Shown: positions 1 through 12,600 of the stretch, piece by piece
How positions within the stretch are numbered: position 1 is the first letter of the stretch
Layout of the letters: the number at the start of each line of letters is the position of its first letter
Assembly: GCA_037447605.1 (NCBI GenBank)
Contig: CM074804.1
Span: forward strand, 3,759,909 to 3,823,908
Direction of reading: 5' to 3'
From: Zygnema circumcarinatum SAG 698-1b
Taxonomy: Eukaryota; Plantae; Zygnematophyceae
DNA: 64,000 nt
Made by a program: the position numbers and the translations under genes
Notes under the pieces: model-generated
What the model was told of the DNA's origin: nothing
The model's database searches: none
The model's input: only the letters and a program-made list of their open reading frames with translations

Positions 1-447
1 TGCCACAAAAAAGAGTCAAACGCAGCAATACCTTCCGGTGAATCTGCCCAGTCACAGGAGACGTACTTGATACAACAGCAAAAAAAATGAAGACATGTGT
101 GGACAGATAAAATCAACGGCAATGGTGTGAGCTTTTAAAGTTATAAGAATTTATAACAATCGAATGATAATAATAAAGTTGGATAAATGAGAGTCGGGGA
201 CTACTTATTAAGGAGACAGACCGTCACAAAACGAAGCCTTCAGCTCAAGTACTTATCTATTCAGACGTCATAGTAGAGTCTCAGCATTTTCAGCTTTTCC
301 TCTTCTATGAACGTGACGACTTCACTAAAAATATATGTACACAGCCTAAGTGCTCTTCAATTCTGGAGCTAAACATGGTCTACTTGAACAAAGTCTGCTT
401 CCTTCACTGGACCAATGGCAAAGCACCACCCGAGAATTGAACCTGAC

Positions 448-3400
448 CTGAAAATTCTCCCATGATCTGCACAAGGTTGGGCCCCAAGCGCACAAAGCCT
501 GTGATGTCCGTAGGAATCTGCGGCCCCTTATCCTGAAGGCCACCCCAAACTGCTTCCAGAGTGAGAGCAGGAAGAACTCAGTACTGCAACGATGGAAGAA
601 ATAAAGAACTGAGAATCATGAGCAGTTTTCCACAGTAAAAGGTAAAACCACCTGCACAAATTAGACACATTGCTAGAAGATTCTCCTATATTGAGTTTCA
701 GCAACATGTAGCAGTTCTACAGCTGCATGACGTAGCAGCACTGTACTGTACGGGCATTGCTGGAAGTGCCGTCTCACCATGTTAAGGAGAGTTCGCCCAG
801 GCACGCCTTTACCATTGATTACGAAACTGCATAGACCGCCTCCTACAAAACCTCCCATATACTCAACCATTTGTCCAACATTTGGGAAGATCACACTCGC
901 ATGTTCGAGATATAGCAAAGACCAAAGATTAAAAGAAAAGCGAGAAGAGAGAAGGCGAGAAGGCTCACCTTGCATACTGAGGCGTGACCAGGCACATTGG
1001 CGTCGTTACATCATTTCTGCTGCTCGCAAATAACCGCTGCCCACCAAATTTCAGCCAGACTCCACCATCAGATGCCGTAAGAAACTGAAATAGCGTCGAT
1101 TAAAAACTTCTGAAACCACTGAAATGTCACAGGCTGGCCTCAGCGGCAGAAGAGCAGGATGGCACGCACCACTGTCTCTTCCCCTTGAAGGCGGCGAGCC
1201 ACGTGGAAATCCGAAACGTGGATTTGGTACCCATCCTGCACCTCCAGCCAAAATAGCAAACATTTGCATGTCGGGATTCTACGACTGGCAAGAAACCTAT
1301 TGATATTGTTTTGCTTTTGGGTACCACTCAGATTCAAAATCCAACGTCATAATCAACCTTTATTTGACTTCAGCAAGAACTGCATCCTAGGGGTCATGAG
1401 CCCTCTCCCACGATCCCGGTCCAACCGGGATCCGTTTCTCGAACCCTTTAACCTAACCTTTTTTTTCGAACAACAAACCCACGGTTCTTGTTCAAGACAA
1501 TCTCAATCTCAGTCATAGCTCTTATGATAGCTGCAATCAATCACAGTTCATGATACTCAACAAAGACATCTGGTTTCTAACTCTACCTCAATTTCGATCT
1601 CCAGAATCCTTTCCACAAGACGGAGACGAGGACAAAATCTGCGAGAAAAGGAACGTGCAGTACTTTGCCCCTCATTTACATCAAAGAGTCCAGAAACCGT
1701 CCTGTAGCATCAACGCTAGAAATGCCTGCACTGGCAGGTGCACCTCGTGCTTACACTGACGCCTTGAACATATGCACCATGTAATGAACAAGCAGGCAAA
1801 AAGTAGGCTCGTCTCAACCCACTTATAGAGAGCCATCGGCAGGAGACAATCGGCTCTACTCGAGTCTTTGGAAAGTGCGGTAGACTTGCCCAACTCATCT
1901 GTGGAAGACTTCTGCATGTATTGTTCAAGGAGCTGCATGCAAGGCATTCCCCAAACTGCATGAGATCGGGCTGTAAATGTACTGCGCCCACTTGCGGCAT
2001 CAACAACAATATGCAAAACTTGTGAGGCCTCATGACAGGAAATGCCAAAAAAGGCGAGCATCCTGACCGTGCTCAGAGTCTTCACAATCTCGTCTGTCTC
2101 TTCCTTAGTGAACCAGCCAGCACTGCATGCCCCCTGTACAAGGCAAGCCCTTGTAAGAAGTGCTGCCCTTTCGGGCAAAGCAGTGATTATTCAGCTACTA
2201 CTCTCATGTTACACATAAGCATGGTAATACAATAAATATGATGATATGGAGGACACAACAATAAAGCTTCACCAAAATGGAAGCCACGCTCTATGCTCCA
2301 GAATAACCTAAATCAACACACATACACTTTTGGTAATGAAAACGGCACATTCACGACGAGGTGTACGAGAAGAACACTGAGCGAGGAGCTACTTCGTAAA
2401 GGGTCAGAAGATCACCTTGGCTGAAAGTAGAAGGACAACGAGAGCAGGCCAGGCCCGAGGCTCCTTCAAATACAAGCCTGACACCTGCACCCCTTCCTCG
2501 AGTAAAATAGCCAAGTCAGATATGGCCCAATCTCCTTCCAGTAACGAATAGCACTTGCTAAAGAACGCATATGTAAACGTTTCCATTAGGAGCCTGGAGT
2601 GCCTAAAGGGAACACAAGATGCGAAGGTGATGCACTAGTAACGCCGTTCCACACGACAACAGCGGGAGTGCAGATACTGCAGGGATGTCAACATGAAGTA
2701 AAATTGCCCAAAGGGACGATGAGACGCGGGAATGTGGGTCCAATGGAAAAAGGTCTATGCGGAAACAAAGGTAGGACTGCAACAGAGAAGGACCAAGGAT
2801 CAAGGATAGATGAGGAAGGGCCCAAAGGAAGTTACTCCAGAGGAGATTCATTTTCGACAACAGCCAAAGTTGAGAAGCTGATGCCTTTCAAGAATCATGC
2901 AAGAGGGCCAAAAGGGAGGATAGCCGGCATTCTGAAGGAAAATCGACGTAGGGGCGAGGTGAACCATATGTCCAATATGATTTTCCTTGGATCATTATGC
3001 GAACGAAAATTAACTAATTCGTTATGAAGATCTGCTCTCTTTAAAAATGCAAGGAAAGCGAGTCAGGTGTGGGGGAAAAACGAGGTGGAGTACAACAGAA
3101 TTCATAACAAGAAAACAGCTGCCTTATACGTACCTGCTTAATAATACCATACACTTCACGAATCTGATCGTAGGTTTCCCGTGTGTTTACAAGCCAATCA
3201 ATTGTTCTACAATAAAAAGCATTATGGAACAATCACGATAAGTAAGCCTAATTCTGTTAAGACCATCCTTGGAAAGCATGATAGTCGGGCAGAGAAAAGA
3301 AAACACTTGATAAATTTCATCACTCAATTCGGACACTTCCAATACTTTTCCCTTGAGAGATTGAATGGAAAAAAGGCAAACCAAAAAGCCAAAAAAGCAA

Positions 3401-3756
3401 TAGTAAGAAAAAGAACGACAGGCTAAAATGCAGAACAAAGGAAAACATTCGACGAACTACCTCATATCAGCACCTGCTGCATCATGACAGGAAAAAAGAT
3501 CACCACGAGCAAAGAAAACAGCTCTAGGAGCAACCTTGAGTCTGCTGAAACGCCTCTCGACAAAGAAAGTAAGAGTGCAATGAGAAAGTGCACCCCTTTA
3601 CAGGAGGGGCAAGTAAAGCCACCTTGAGAGAATAAGCATTTTGGAATAGAGCTCCCGATCACACTCTCGCGTGCGCTGCATGCGGAGCTTGAGCTGCGCC
3701 ACAGCCTCCGTCAGGGAGCTCCGCGGGTTCTGCTTCTGAACGGCAGCCATGGCCAT
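448..3756 (-). CDS. PIAL: E4 SUMO-protein ligase PIAL1/2-like (SP-RING/MIZ family), multi-exon, 3' part unresolved and probably continuing beyond position 1
   Basis: Hand-spliced exons include 3756-3623, 3206-3134, 2484-2416, one starting at 2133, and 532-448. They give LTEAVAQLKLRMQ..ILSR|TIDWLVN, ALVVLLLSAK|GACSAGWF, FCPRLRLVERILEIEIE, DGYQIHVSDFHV, RLFASSRNDVTTPMCLVTPQYAS|FVINGKGVPGRTLLNM|DKGPQIPTDITGFVRLGPNLVQIMGEFSG. This matches the plant PIAL pattern (SFLxNGKG...MDxGPQxPTxVT...GxNLLQ). An alternative in-frame ATG lies at 3822. The SP-RING domain is not seen in the window. Confidence 0.75.
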
Positions 3757-3848
3757 CGCATGCCCCCTCCTCTCTCCCGAATTAGGGTTTGCGTGGTCGG
3801 GGTTAGGGTCAGGACTTGTCATGAAGTTCTGTTTCAGTCACCTGGGGC

Positions 3849-3948
3849 NNNNNNNNNNNNNNNNNNNNNNNNNNNNNNNNNNNNNNNNNNNNNNNNNNNN
3901 NNNNNNNNNNNNNNNNNNNNNNNNNNNNNNNNNNNNNNNNNNNNNNNN
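3849..3948. other. Assembly gap (100 N)
   Basis: Run of N. Confidence 1.
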
Positions 3949-4328
3949 GCACTTCTCCTGTGCAAGCTCTTTCGGCCTCCAAACAACCCCTCAAGCGCGC
4001 ACTTCACTCCAGTAGCGAAGCAACAAAGTCTTCGACTATCTCAACTCCACTCACTCTCTCACTCCTCCTGGCGCTCTGTCTCTCTCCGCCTCCCTCCCTC
4101 CCAGCAGAAGCACGAGAGACGAGCAGCAGGCGGCAGCCCCTATGCGGCCATGGCGGGCAGCGGGTCGTCCCAAGGCTTGCTTCGCATGCCGCAGGGCCCC
4201 GCCGCAACCCGCCCCTCCATGGCCTTCCGGCCTCGCCCCGCCCCGCCCGCCCGGGCCGCCGGGAAGCCCTCGCGGCCCGCCACGTGGCCCGCGCCCCCCG
4301 CAGGAGGTAGCCGTTGCCGTCTCCCTCC

Positions 4329-4719
4329 TAGGGATGGATTAGTTACGATTATATATTATATATTATATATTATATTATACAACTGTGACGAATAGATAAC
4401 GGCTGATATATATTAATTTACAACGCCTTTACAACATGTACGGTCGTACGGTCGTAAGACTGTACGGTATTATGCGGCCCGAGCACGAGCAGACAGAGAA
4501 AACCAGCGAACGCATTTCGCAACGCCAACGCCAAAACGACCTAATTTTGGTATGGTACGACCGTACGACCGTACTCGTACGGTCGTACGGTCGTTAGTTG
4601 TTCAAAACGAGTGGGTATAATATATGTAATAAAGTGTTTTAGTTTGTAATATATTACTAATTTTAAACCCGTTGTAAATTATATAATATATTCGGAATTT
4701 ATAACGCGGGCCATCCCTA
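4329..4719. mobile_element. hAT-type MITE (391 bp), copy 1
   Basis: TIR TAGGGATGG...CCATCCCTA resembles the Ac end TAGGGATG. The 8-bp flanks CTCCCTCC and CTCCGTGC match 6/8 (decayed TSD). AT-rich interior with direct and inverted GTACGGTC/GACCGTAC repeats. No ORF. Confidence 0.8.
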
Positions 4720-4737
4720 CTCCGTGCGGGAGGTCTC

Positions 4738-4780
4738 GTCACGTCATGTCACGTCATGCACGTTTTGTCACGTCACGTCA
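4738..4780. promoter_or_regulatory. Cluster of five ACGT cores (four CACGTCA = TGACGTG), bZIP-type sites; duplicate at 6706-6748
   Basis: gtcacgtcatgtcacgtcatgcacgttttgtcacgtcacgtca seen directly. A G-box CACGTG lies at 4281-4286 on the other side of the MITE. Function is inferred. Confidence 0.4.
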
Positions 4781-5020
4781 AGCCTGCCGCCGACCGCCTT
4801 CACTCAGCCCTGACGCTCGGCCATGCCGTACAGCGGCAGCGGCCAGGGCGGCCGTCCGATCACGCGGGCGGGGCCGCCTGCCCGCGGGGGGAGGACCGTT
4901 GGGCGCACCGACTGACGGAGGAGCGTCTTCGACCGTCCGATCGTCGGGTTTGGCCTTCGAGACACTGCGCGCTGAACCGTCGATTCATTCGCTTAGCTTC
5001 ACTCGCGGAGGTCGGTACGC

Positions 5021-5068
5021 GGTGGCCGTGTCGGTGGCCGTGTCGGTGGCCGTGTCGGTGGCCGTGTC
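5021..5068. repeat. 12-bp tandem repeat (GGTGGCCGTGTC)x4; duplicate at 6989-7036
   Basis: Seen directly. Confidence 0.95.
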
Positions 5069-5246
5069 GGTGGTGGCGGGCTCGCAAGTTGCGATGTTAC
5101 CTTAGAACGCAGTGTCGTGGACCGTTCTACCGTTAATTTGAACTACTGTATGGAACAATTGATGATTTTAGCCGGTCAAGTAAAAAACTATTCGTAATCG
5201 GAGTTCAATAAAAAATATTAGGGGGAGTCAGACCTTGACCAGCGCC

Positions 5247-5256
5247 NNNNNNNNNN
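5247..5256. other. Assembly gap (10 N) interrupting a MITE end
   Basis: Run of N directly after TAGGGGGAGTCAGACCTTGACCAGCGCC. Confidence 1.
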
Positions 5257-5912
5257 GTGTTATAAGAATCCAAAGCAGCGGGCAGCCGCGGACTGTATGC
5301 TGCAACTGACATGCCATTACCGCCCTTCGGCAAGGCTATCAGTCTTCTCAGACCAGTCATCCCACGCTGCTTACCGCAGCCCCCTCTTGTCCTTTTCATG
5401 GCTGCTATCACAAGACGCTCTTCTCCCATGCATCAGGGAGGTCCTGCTCACATTCACATAGACAGACGTTTGCACGAGGAGTGCATCAGCTACAACGGTG
5501 TCCAGGGAACAAGTTCAGCAAGGTGCTGCAAATTGCGCGGAGCGCACATATCGCGACAATGGCCTGTACCCTGCTGGTATTGTGCCTTCCTGAGGTAGCC
5601 AAGAAGTGTGTTTGCGGAACTGCATTACCTCTAGTACTGGGTAGCAAACGAAAGGAAGAGTCTTAGCAGATTAAGCGCAGAGGTCGTGCATTCTTCTCTA
5701 CATTGTTTTCCGAAAAAAATTTAGTCTGATGCAGCTCCCTCCCAAAACTATGCCCACGCGGCTGCCAACACCGAAAATTCGTCCACTCCTACAGCTATCC
5801 TCGACCCAGCATTGCATTCGAGGCCACCAGTCCTCTGCATTGACTAAACCTTGCAAGTCCAAGGAACCTGCAACAAATCGCCCACCTTATCAAGAACGAC
5901 GTGCGTTCTCCC

Positions 5913-7214
5913 GCACTTCTCCCTGTGCAAGCTCTTTCGGCCTCCAAACAACCCCTCAAGCGCGCACTTCACTCCAGTAGCGAAGCAACAAAGTCTTCGA
6001 CTATCTCAACTCCACTCACTCTCTCACTCCTCCTCCTGGCGCTCTGTCTCTCTCCGCCTCCCTCCCTCCCAGCAGAAGCACGAGAGACGAGCAGCAGGCG
6101 GCAGCCCCTATGCGGCCATGGCGGGCAGCGGGTCGTCCCAAGGCTTGCTTCGCATGCCGCAGGGCCCCGCCGCAACCCGCCCCTCCATGGCCTTCCGGCC
6201 TCGCCCCGCCCCGCCCGCCCGGGCCGCCGGGAAGCCCTCGCGGCCCGCCACGTGGCCCGCGCCCCCCGCAGGAGGTAGCCGTTGCCGTCTCCCTCCTAGG
6301 GATGGATTAGTTACGATTATATATTATATATTATATATTATATTATACAACTGTGACGAATAGATAACGGCTGATATATATTAATTTACAACGCCTTTAC
6401 AACATGTACGGTCGTACGGTCGTAAGACTGTACGGTATTATGCGGCCCGAGCACGAGCAGACAGAGAAAACCAGCGAACGCATTTCGCAACGCCAACGCC
6501 AAAACGACCTAATTTTGGTATGGTACGACCGTACGACCGTACTCGTACGGTCGTACGGTCGTTAGTTGTTCAAAACGAGTGGGTATAATATATGTAATAA
6601 AGTGTTTTAGTTTGTAATATATTACTAATTTTAAACCCGTTGTAAATTATATAATATATTCGGAATTTATAACGCGGGCCATCCCTACTCCGTGCGGGAG
6701 GTCTCGTCACGTCATGTCACGTCATGCACGTTTTGTCACGTCACGTCAAGCCTGCCGCCGACCGCCTTCACTCAGCCCTGACGCTCGGCCATGCCGTACA
6801 GCGGCAGCGGCCAGGGCGGCCGTCCGATCACGCGGGCGGGGCCGCCTGCCCGCGGGGGGAGGACCGTTGGGCGCACCGACTGACGGAGGAGCGTCTTCGA
6901 CCGTCCGATCGTCGGGTTTGGCCTTCGAGACACTGCGCGCTGAACCGTCGATTCATTCGCTTAGCTTCACTCGCGGAGGTCGGTACGCGGTGGCCGTGTC
7001 GGTGGCCGTGTCGGTGGCCGTGTCGGTGGCCGTGTCGGTGGTGGCGGGCTCGCAAGTTGCGATGTTACCTTAGAACGCAGTGTCGTGGACCGTTCTACCG
7101 TTAATTTGAACTACTGTATGGAACAATTGATGATTTTAGCCGGTCAAGTAAAAAACTATTCGTAATCGGAGTTCAATAAAAAATATTAGGGGGAGTCAGA
7201 CCTTGACCAGCGCC
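5913..7214. repeat. 1.3-kb segment, copy 2
   Basis: See copy 1. Confidence 0.95.
6297..6687. mobile_element. hAT-type MITE (391 bp), copy 2
   Basis: Same TIRs and flanks as 4329-4719. Confidence 0.8.
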
Positions 7215-7466
7215 AAACCAATTCCGCGAGCCCGTCGGGCCAATTCCGCGTTGTACGGCAGGCCTTTTTCGCCAAATGTGGACGTTCGGCAGGCTCGGGC
7301 GCCGAGCCTGTATCTCATTTTTGTAACCTATTTCGAGGTACGGACGGGACAGACAGGTTCGGGGGGAGCCGCGGTTTCCGACCGATTTCTGCAATCGAAA
7401 TCAATACCTTTCCGCCGGCGGAATCTTTCAATTCCGCGGGCGATGGTCAAGAGCTGACTCCCCCTA
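7187..7466. mobile_element. MITE family 2 (about 280 bp), superfamily unresolved
   Basis: Left end TAGGGGGAGTCAGACCTTGACCAGCGC. Right end GCGATGGTCAAGAGCTGACTCCCCCTA is an imperfect ~27-bp inverted repeat of it. No 8-bp TSD; only TA is shared at the two ends. Confidence 0.75.
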
Positions 7467-7843
7467 TTGTACTGTTTCCGCTGTAGGTTTCTGTTTTGTG
7501 AATGCTATTCGAAGCCAGTTGAATATTGAACATTTAATTTTCGGTCATGTTCAGTTTCAATTTACTTTGACATCCACCAATCAACAATGAGATCTTGACA
7601 ATCGCAAAGCGCAAAGCGCAAAGCGTTAAATTTTGCCCCGTTGCCGCTTTCGCAAATACGAATATCGTTGATCTGGCAAAAAGTCGTACGGCAAAAATTG
7701 GGCCGGAGTTGAGCAAATCTCGCAGATTGCCTGAATCATACGTGGCAAAAAGTGAAATCCACACGTGTCGCCGAGCAGATTGAGGCCGGGGTTTAGCGCG
7801 ATGGTTAACGTCCTGTGGAACCGCACACGGTTTCGGGTTCTAT

Positions 7844-8397
7844 TATGGGGAGTCAGACATTGACCATGGCCAAATCAATTAAGCAATACTGTCGGGCAAA
7901 CTAAGCATTAGGGGGAGTCAGACTTAGACCAGCGCCAAATCAATTCAGAAAGCCCCCGGCCCTAATTCCGCGTTGTACGGCAGCCCAATTCCGCGAAAAG
8001 TGGACGTTCGACAGGCTCGGGCGTCACGAATTCCAGAGAGCAATTATTTTGGGAGAACTATATACCGCCCCCCTTTTTTGGTTATCCCACCACTGTTTTT
8101 TTGAAATCCGACCCTCCCATTTCGGCTATTCTGCCCCCCTCCCCCATTTTGGATATTTCGGGAGGAGATCGCCCCCCTGTTTTGAATATTTCTTTCCCGC
8201 CCCTCCCGTCCTCTCCCCGCCCCTCCCCTGCCCTCCCCCTCCCCTTCCCTCCCCTCCCCTCCCCTCCCCTCCCCTGCCCACCCCTCCACTCCCCTCCCCT
8301 TCCGGATCCCGACCCGGAATTCGTACACGAAACTTTTACTTTTAGTATACTAAATTCGGGAATTTAATACGCGATGGCCAATGTCTGACTCCGCCTA
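7844..8397. mobile_element. MITE family 2 variant (about 550 bp) containing a second family-2 left end at 7909
   Basis: Left end TATGGGGAGTCAGACATTGACCAT pairs with right end ATGGCCAATGTCTGACTCCGCCTA. 7909-8023 is clearly homologous to 7187-7301. Confidence 0.65.
8200..8300. repeat. (CCCCT)n-like low-complexity tract inside the MITE
   Basis: Seen directly. The minus strand carries G-runs. Confidence 0.9.
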
Positions 8398-9685
8398 TTA
8401 GGGAGACGGCCGGCGCCCAAGTCAGGTTCGGGGTCAGGGTTCTGACCGAAAATGAAAATTGGTCCAATGTTGAGCAAGCACGAGGCGCCGAGCATTGACG
8501 GCCTCTATGGCAGGGAGATCAATGCCAACCCTTTCTCCTCGGTTGAAAGGGAGGGGTTAGGTCTAGGCTCAGAGAGGGAGAGAGGGAGGGAGGGAGGCAG
8601 AGGGGTTTTATGAGCGAGGTGTGTTTTCGGCTTGAGATGCCCCAGAAGCGACTTCGGTTGAAAGCATCCCGATAGTCATTTATGTTGTCAAGTAAAGTTC
8701 TGGCAGATGGGTGTCTTATGTGCGATGGCTCCGTTGATTTTGCGGGAATTATAGTGCTGATGACAAAGGCCAATTGGTTCCAAAACCACAGACAGCAAAT
8801 GTTGGACTACAAACCCCATTTTCATTTTCGACCTGTGAAAAGTTGTCGCACCGTGCCATGCGGCAATAATTCTATGTATGCACGCGGATGACGTAAGGAA
8901 ACGTTAACGAGGTTGAAAAAGCTTACGCATGAGAATGCGGCGTTAAGGGAAAACCAGGTTTTAAGAGGATTCATTCAGACATCTGACTACGCATTTTTTC
9001 TCAATTGTGTTTTCTGACTAAACTACAGTACTGCTTGCTATGACAATCTTTGGTACAAGGTCGCTGGCCCACGCTTTTTTTTGACGATTCAGACCTTCCC
9101 TCTGGCTCAATGTCACTTGACAACGTGGCAGGAATGCACAGATATGCAAATTGCCTCAGTTACAAGGGGTCACTGAAGTTTCGATAAAGACACTTTGTCA
9201 CTCATGTCACGGTTCATTGGTTGCCAATGCATTTTCTTGCCTCATGGCAAGAGCTGGGGGTTGGGTTGCCCCCACAAGAAAGGGGGCAATGTTAACCCCC
9301 ACTTCTGACACCTGCACCCATGCAGATGCATAAAACGGGGAAGGACTACGGTTTATGGAGTGCAAACCTTAAACCTTAAACCGTCCCTTTGTGTGCGTTA
9401 CGATCAGCAAAACGTCAGCACCTTTACATGCTTTCAAATATATAGGCAGCACCTGTAATGCCCAGTTGTCCCATCAATGAAAGCGGCTGCCATACGGCTT
9501 AGAAGTGACTTCGAATCTTTCGGGAACATCCCAACCAAAGCCATGCACACTTGCGCTCTACCCTTGCACTGGGAAAAAAGGGATATGTACATTCACAATC
9601 TCGTTCCTACTGGTCAACACATATCCACTGCACACCCAGTAAGACGAGAAAAATCCCAGTAAATATATGTTGCCCTGCACGTACA

Positions 9686-12600
9686 TCAGCCCACTTGGGA
9701 CTCCACCAATAGATTGGTCGCAAGCGTCACATCATTCCGTGATTGAGCCAAAGCCCGGAGGGCTGCATTTCTATCAAAGCCCATAGCTTCTAAGGTTGCC
9801 ACTGCTTCCTCAGGCGGGGGATTGATCTGAGGGGCCAGCGGTGGAGCGGAGGCAGCAAAGCGATTCTGCAGCAAGAAGAGGACGCAAATGCCCGAGTTAA
9901 ATTATCAGAACATAAAGTAAATGCCAAAGACAGATGAGGGATACATCGGGCTCTGAACATCGTCACTACTGTGGGGAGAGCTCAAACTCAATGGTCCAGT
10001 ATGATCGATGCAATTGTAATTTTCGCCCAAGCCCATTGACGTTACTCTCATGCGTCTCAGACTATATGGTCGAAAGGGTCAAGTAAGCAATCCATGGTCC
10101 ACATTCTCACTATTTCTCAATGCTTATGTTAGGAAAAGTTAGCACGAATCCCTTACTTGACCACCGAAAAAGGGGGGGTTCGGAGGAAGGCCTTCGCCTC
10201 CCAACAGATGGTCTTGAAAGCCCTGCGATGCACTCTGATTGCCAGAACCCCATACACCAAGTAAAATGCGTAAGCTTAATAACCCAATGGCAAAGTTGGA
10301 GAAAACCAAGCGTCAAGTTCGACTCGGCATAATCTCTAACTTAGCGAGATACAGCAGAGACACAACCCTTGAAACAAAGTTCACGCAGGCTATTGTCCAT
10401 AAACGTTGTTCCTGACACTAGTGTGGGGATCGACCGCTGTAAAAAAAAATTAAGAATCTATTGCACAGTTATGCAGGTACGATACAGAAAAAACAATCCC
10501 CATTCTGTTTACACAGTACCCCAGGACAAGACTTGCTATCACGACCATAAAGGCAAACGCGTCTGCTCCTCCAGCCTCACTCTGTCAGTCAACAAAGCAT
10601 CACAACTTGAAACGGCTGAATACTGGACAGCCTAAAGCTCCAGGCCGTCATGAAATTTATAAAGCTGCAGGTATGAAAAAATACAAACGGGAAAGTGGGA
10701 GGCATACAGGAGGACGTCCAGCAGCACTCCCCCCAGATCGCGCCCCAGCAGAACGCGCTGCTGAGGCATTAGGGCTCCTTGAAAGCAGTGGGGCAAACAG
10801 GCGTCCAGCAGTTGAAGCAACATATTCAGGAAACTGAAAGAGCTCCAACACATCCCGAAAGGCGTGAATAGTGTCAAAAGAGAAGCAGTTAGTTTCCTGC
10901 TTAAAAAAAAAGTGCTGCCAGAAGCCCTTTGCAGGTGAATATTGAGCGAATACGAGGAAGAAGTGATGGAACTCCTCCTCGATGTCTGGGGTGCTGGAAG
11001 CAATGAGTACGGCATTCTAAAGCGTACATTGTCAGGGTTAAAAGCTGTTCCTTACGGCTCGCTATATTTCGTTCAGAGGCTTTCTGAACGACAACTACTG
11101 CCAACCACGTAAGGGCTCTATGGGAGAAATTAAAGTGGATGGCATAACCCGCTGCATGCACCTTCACTACAGCTCCTCATAAGTGGGGCAGTTGTCACTT
11201 TCCAAATTTCAACACTGAAAGTACAACCTTACGACACTGACAGATGCGGCATCAATAACTGTCATAAGCGGAAATTTTTCATGCCTGCTTCATTGCAGTT
11301 CTTAAGCCCACCTTCAATCTTCGTACTTTGAGTACATTGGCTCGATACAAGACCCCCGCCAATATTCCAGCGATTCCAGGTACTATAGACTGCTTCCAAG
11401 ATGAGAGCAAGAGCTGGCTTGCGTTCCCGACATAAAAAAAAGCAATAAGGCTTGTCAGAAGAGAGACAGACTTTGCTGGCAGGTTGCAGTACACTGCCGA
11501 CTGCTCGACGTCGAGCTCAATACCACAGGCACGCTCATGAATCATGGAATGAAGAAAGAGGAGAGGGGGCTGATGAGAGGCGGAATTAACTCTAAATTAA
11601 TTGCGCACACAAAAGTGTGCGGCAAGCTTACCTGAAGGCCTGCCAGATACACAAAAGACTTGTCCGAAAGTTGAACTGTAAAGACTGTGAATCGTGTTGA
11701 TACAGGGATGTCGAAGTAGAATGGGACAAAGGAGGCAAAAATCAACCCATATGGTCCTGGTGCTAAGACTAACTTGTTGTCTACTTCTGCATCCGTCCAC
11801 AAACCATGAAGTTCCTTTAAATTTGAAACAACAAAGTAATGAGAAAAAAAACTTGTCTTATTTTAATTGATCAAACAATGGGCACTCAATATGCAGATCG
11901 GCAACCTAAAATACTATGTGCCCGTCCAATGCCCCTTGAATTTACTGAATGGCATGCCACGAAACACGAGAGCATCCGAGCAGTGCCGAGCTGTGACCAT
12001 CTTCATATGGAATCAAAATTGCCAGCCTTGCTGAATGTGTAGAACAGCACCTCGCAATAGGAGGAGGGCTCCAATTTGGAGAAGCGCTGAGATGAGCGTA
12101 GAAAATAGTGCAAACACCTGTCAGGTAGTTCAATGCCGAAATAGAATCAGTTCCAGACCTGTGTATTGAACAACTCATGTAAGCCGCCCCGATAAAAACC
12201 TTTCCCGCGAACTTTGACCAAGGTTCCTAAAACGTAATCAGCAAGTAACATGAGGGAGCTGTTGAGCTTACTGCATACTTGTTGGAGCCAACTTGTCGCT
12301 CAAACACTCGAAAGAAATAGACCAGATAAAGGCCAAAGATAACCTCTGGAGTTGACCTAAAGACAATGCTTGAGGATACCACTCGCCAGAACTCATGTCT
12401 GTCAACCAAGGCCTGCCCTCGTGAACTCGCTACAGTTAGTTTCAGAAATAGCTTGCGTCAACCGTGCGTTTGTCGGATGAGCCTCCATTAAATGAATATG
12501 GTAAAAGAACAATGCAAAGTTCACTTGCGAGGCCAGCAGACCAAGTGGTCAGACAGACGAACAGGATGCTTGTACGCACTTCGTATGAAAGGCTGCAAAG

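Larger units (their letters stand above)
3949..5246. repeat. 1.3-kb segment, copy 1 (bounded by N gaps on both sides)
   Basis: By eye identical to 5913-7214 apart from a 1-nt homopolymer indel and a 3-nt CCT indel. Confidence 0.95.

Noticed and set aside
2404-3206. Apparent phospholipase D-like motifs (WLVNTRETYDQIRE, LAILLEEGVQV) in the first gene
   Set aside because: No HxKxxxxD motif was found. Re-splicing gave a much better colinear match to PIAL, and the LLEEGVQ stretch is intronic.
8399-8507. Possible third small TIR element (TAGGGAGACGGCC ... GACGGCCTCTA)
   Set aside because: The inverted match is weak and there is no TSD.
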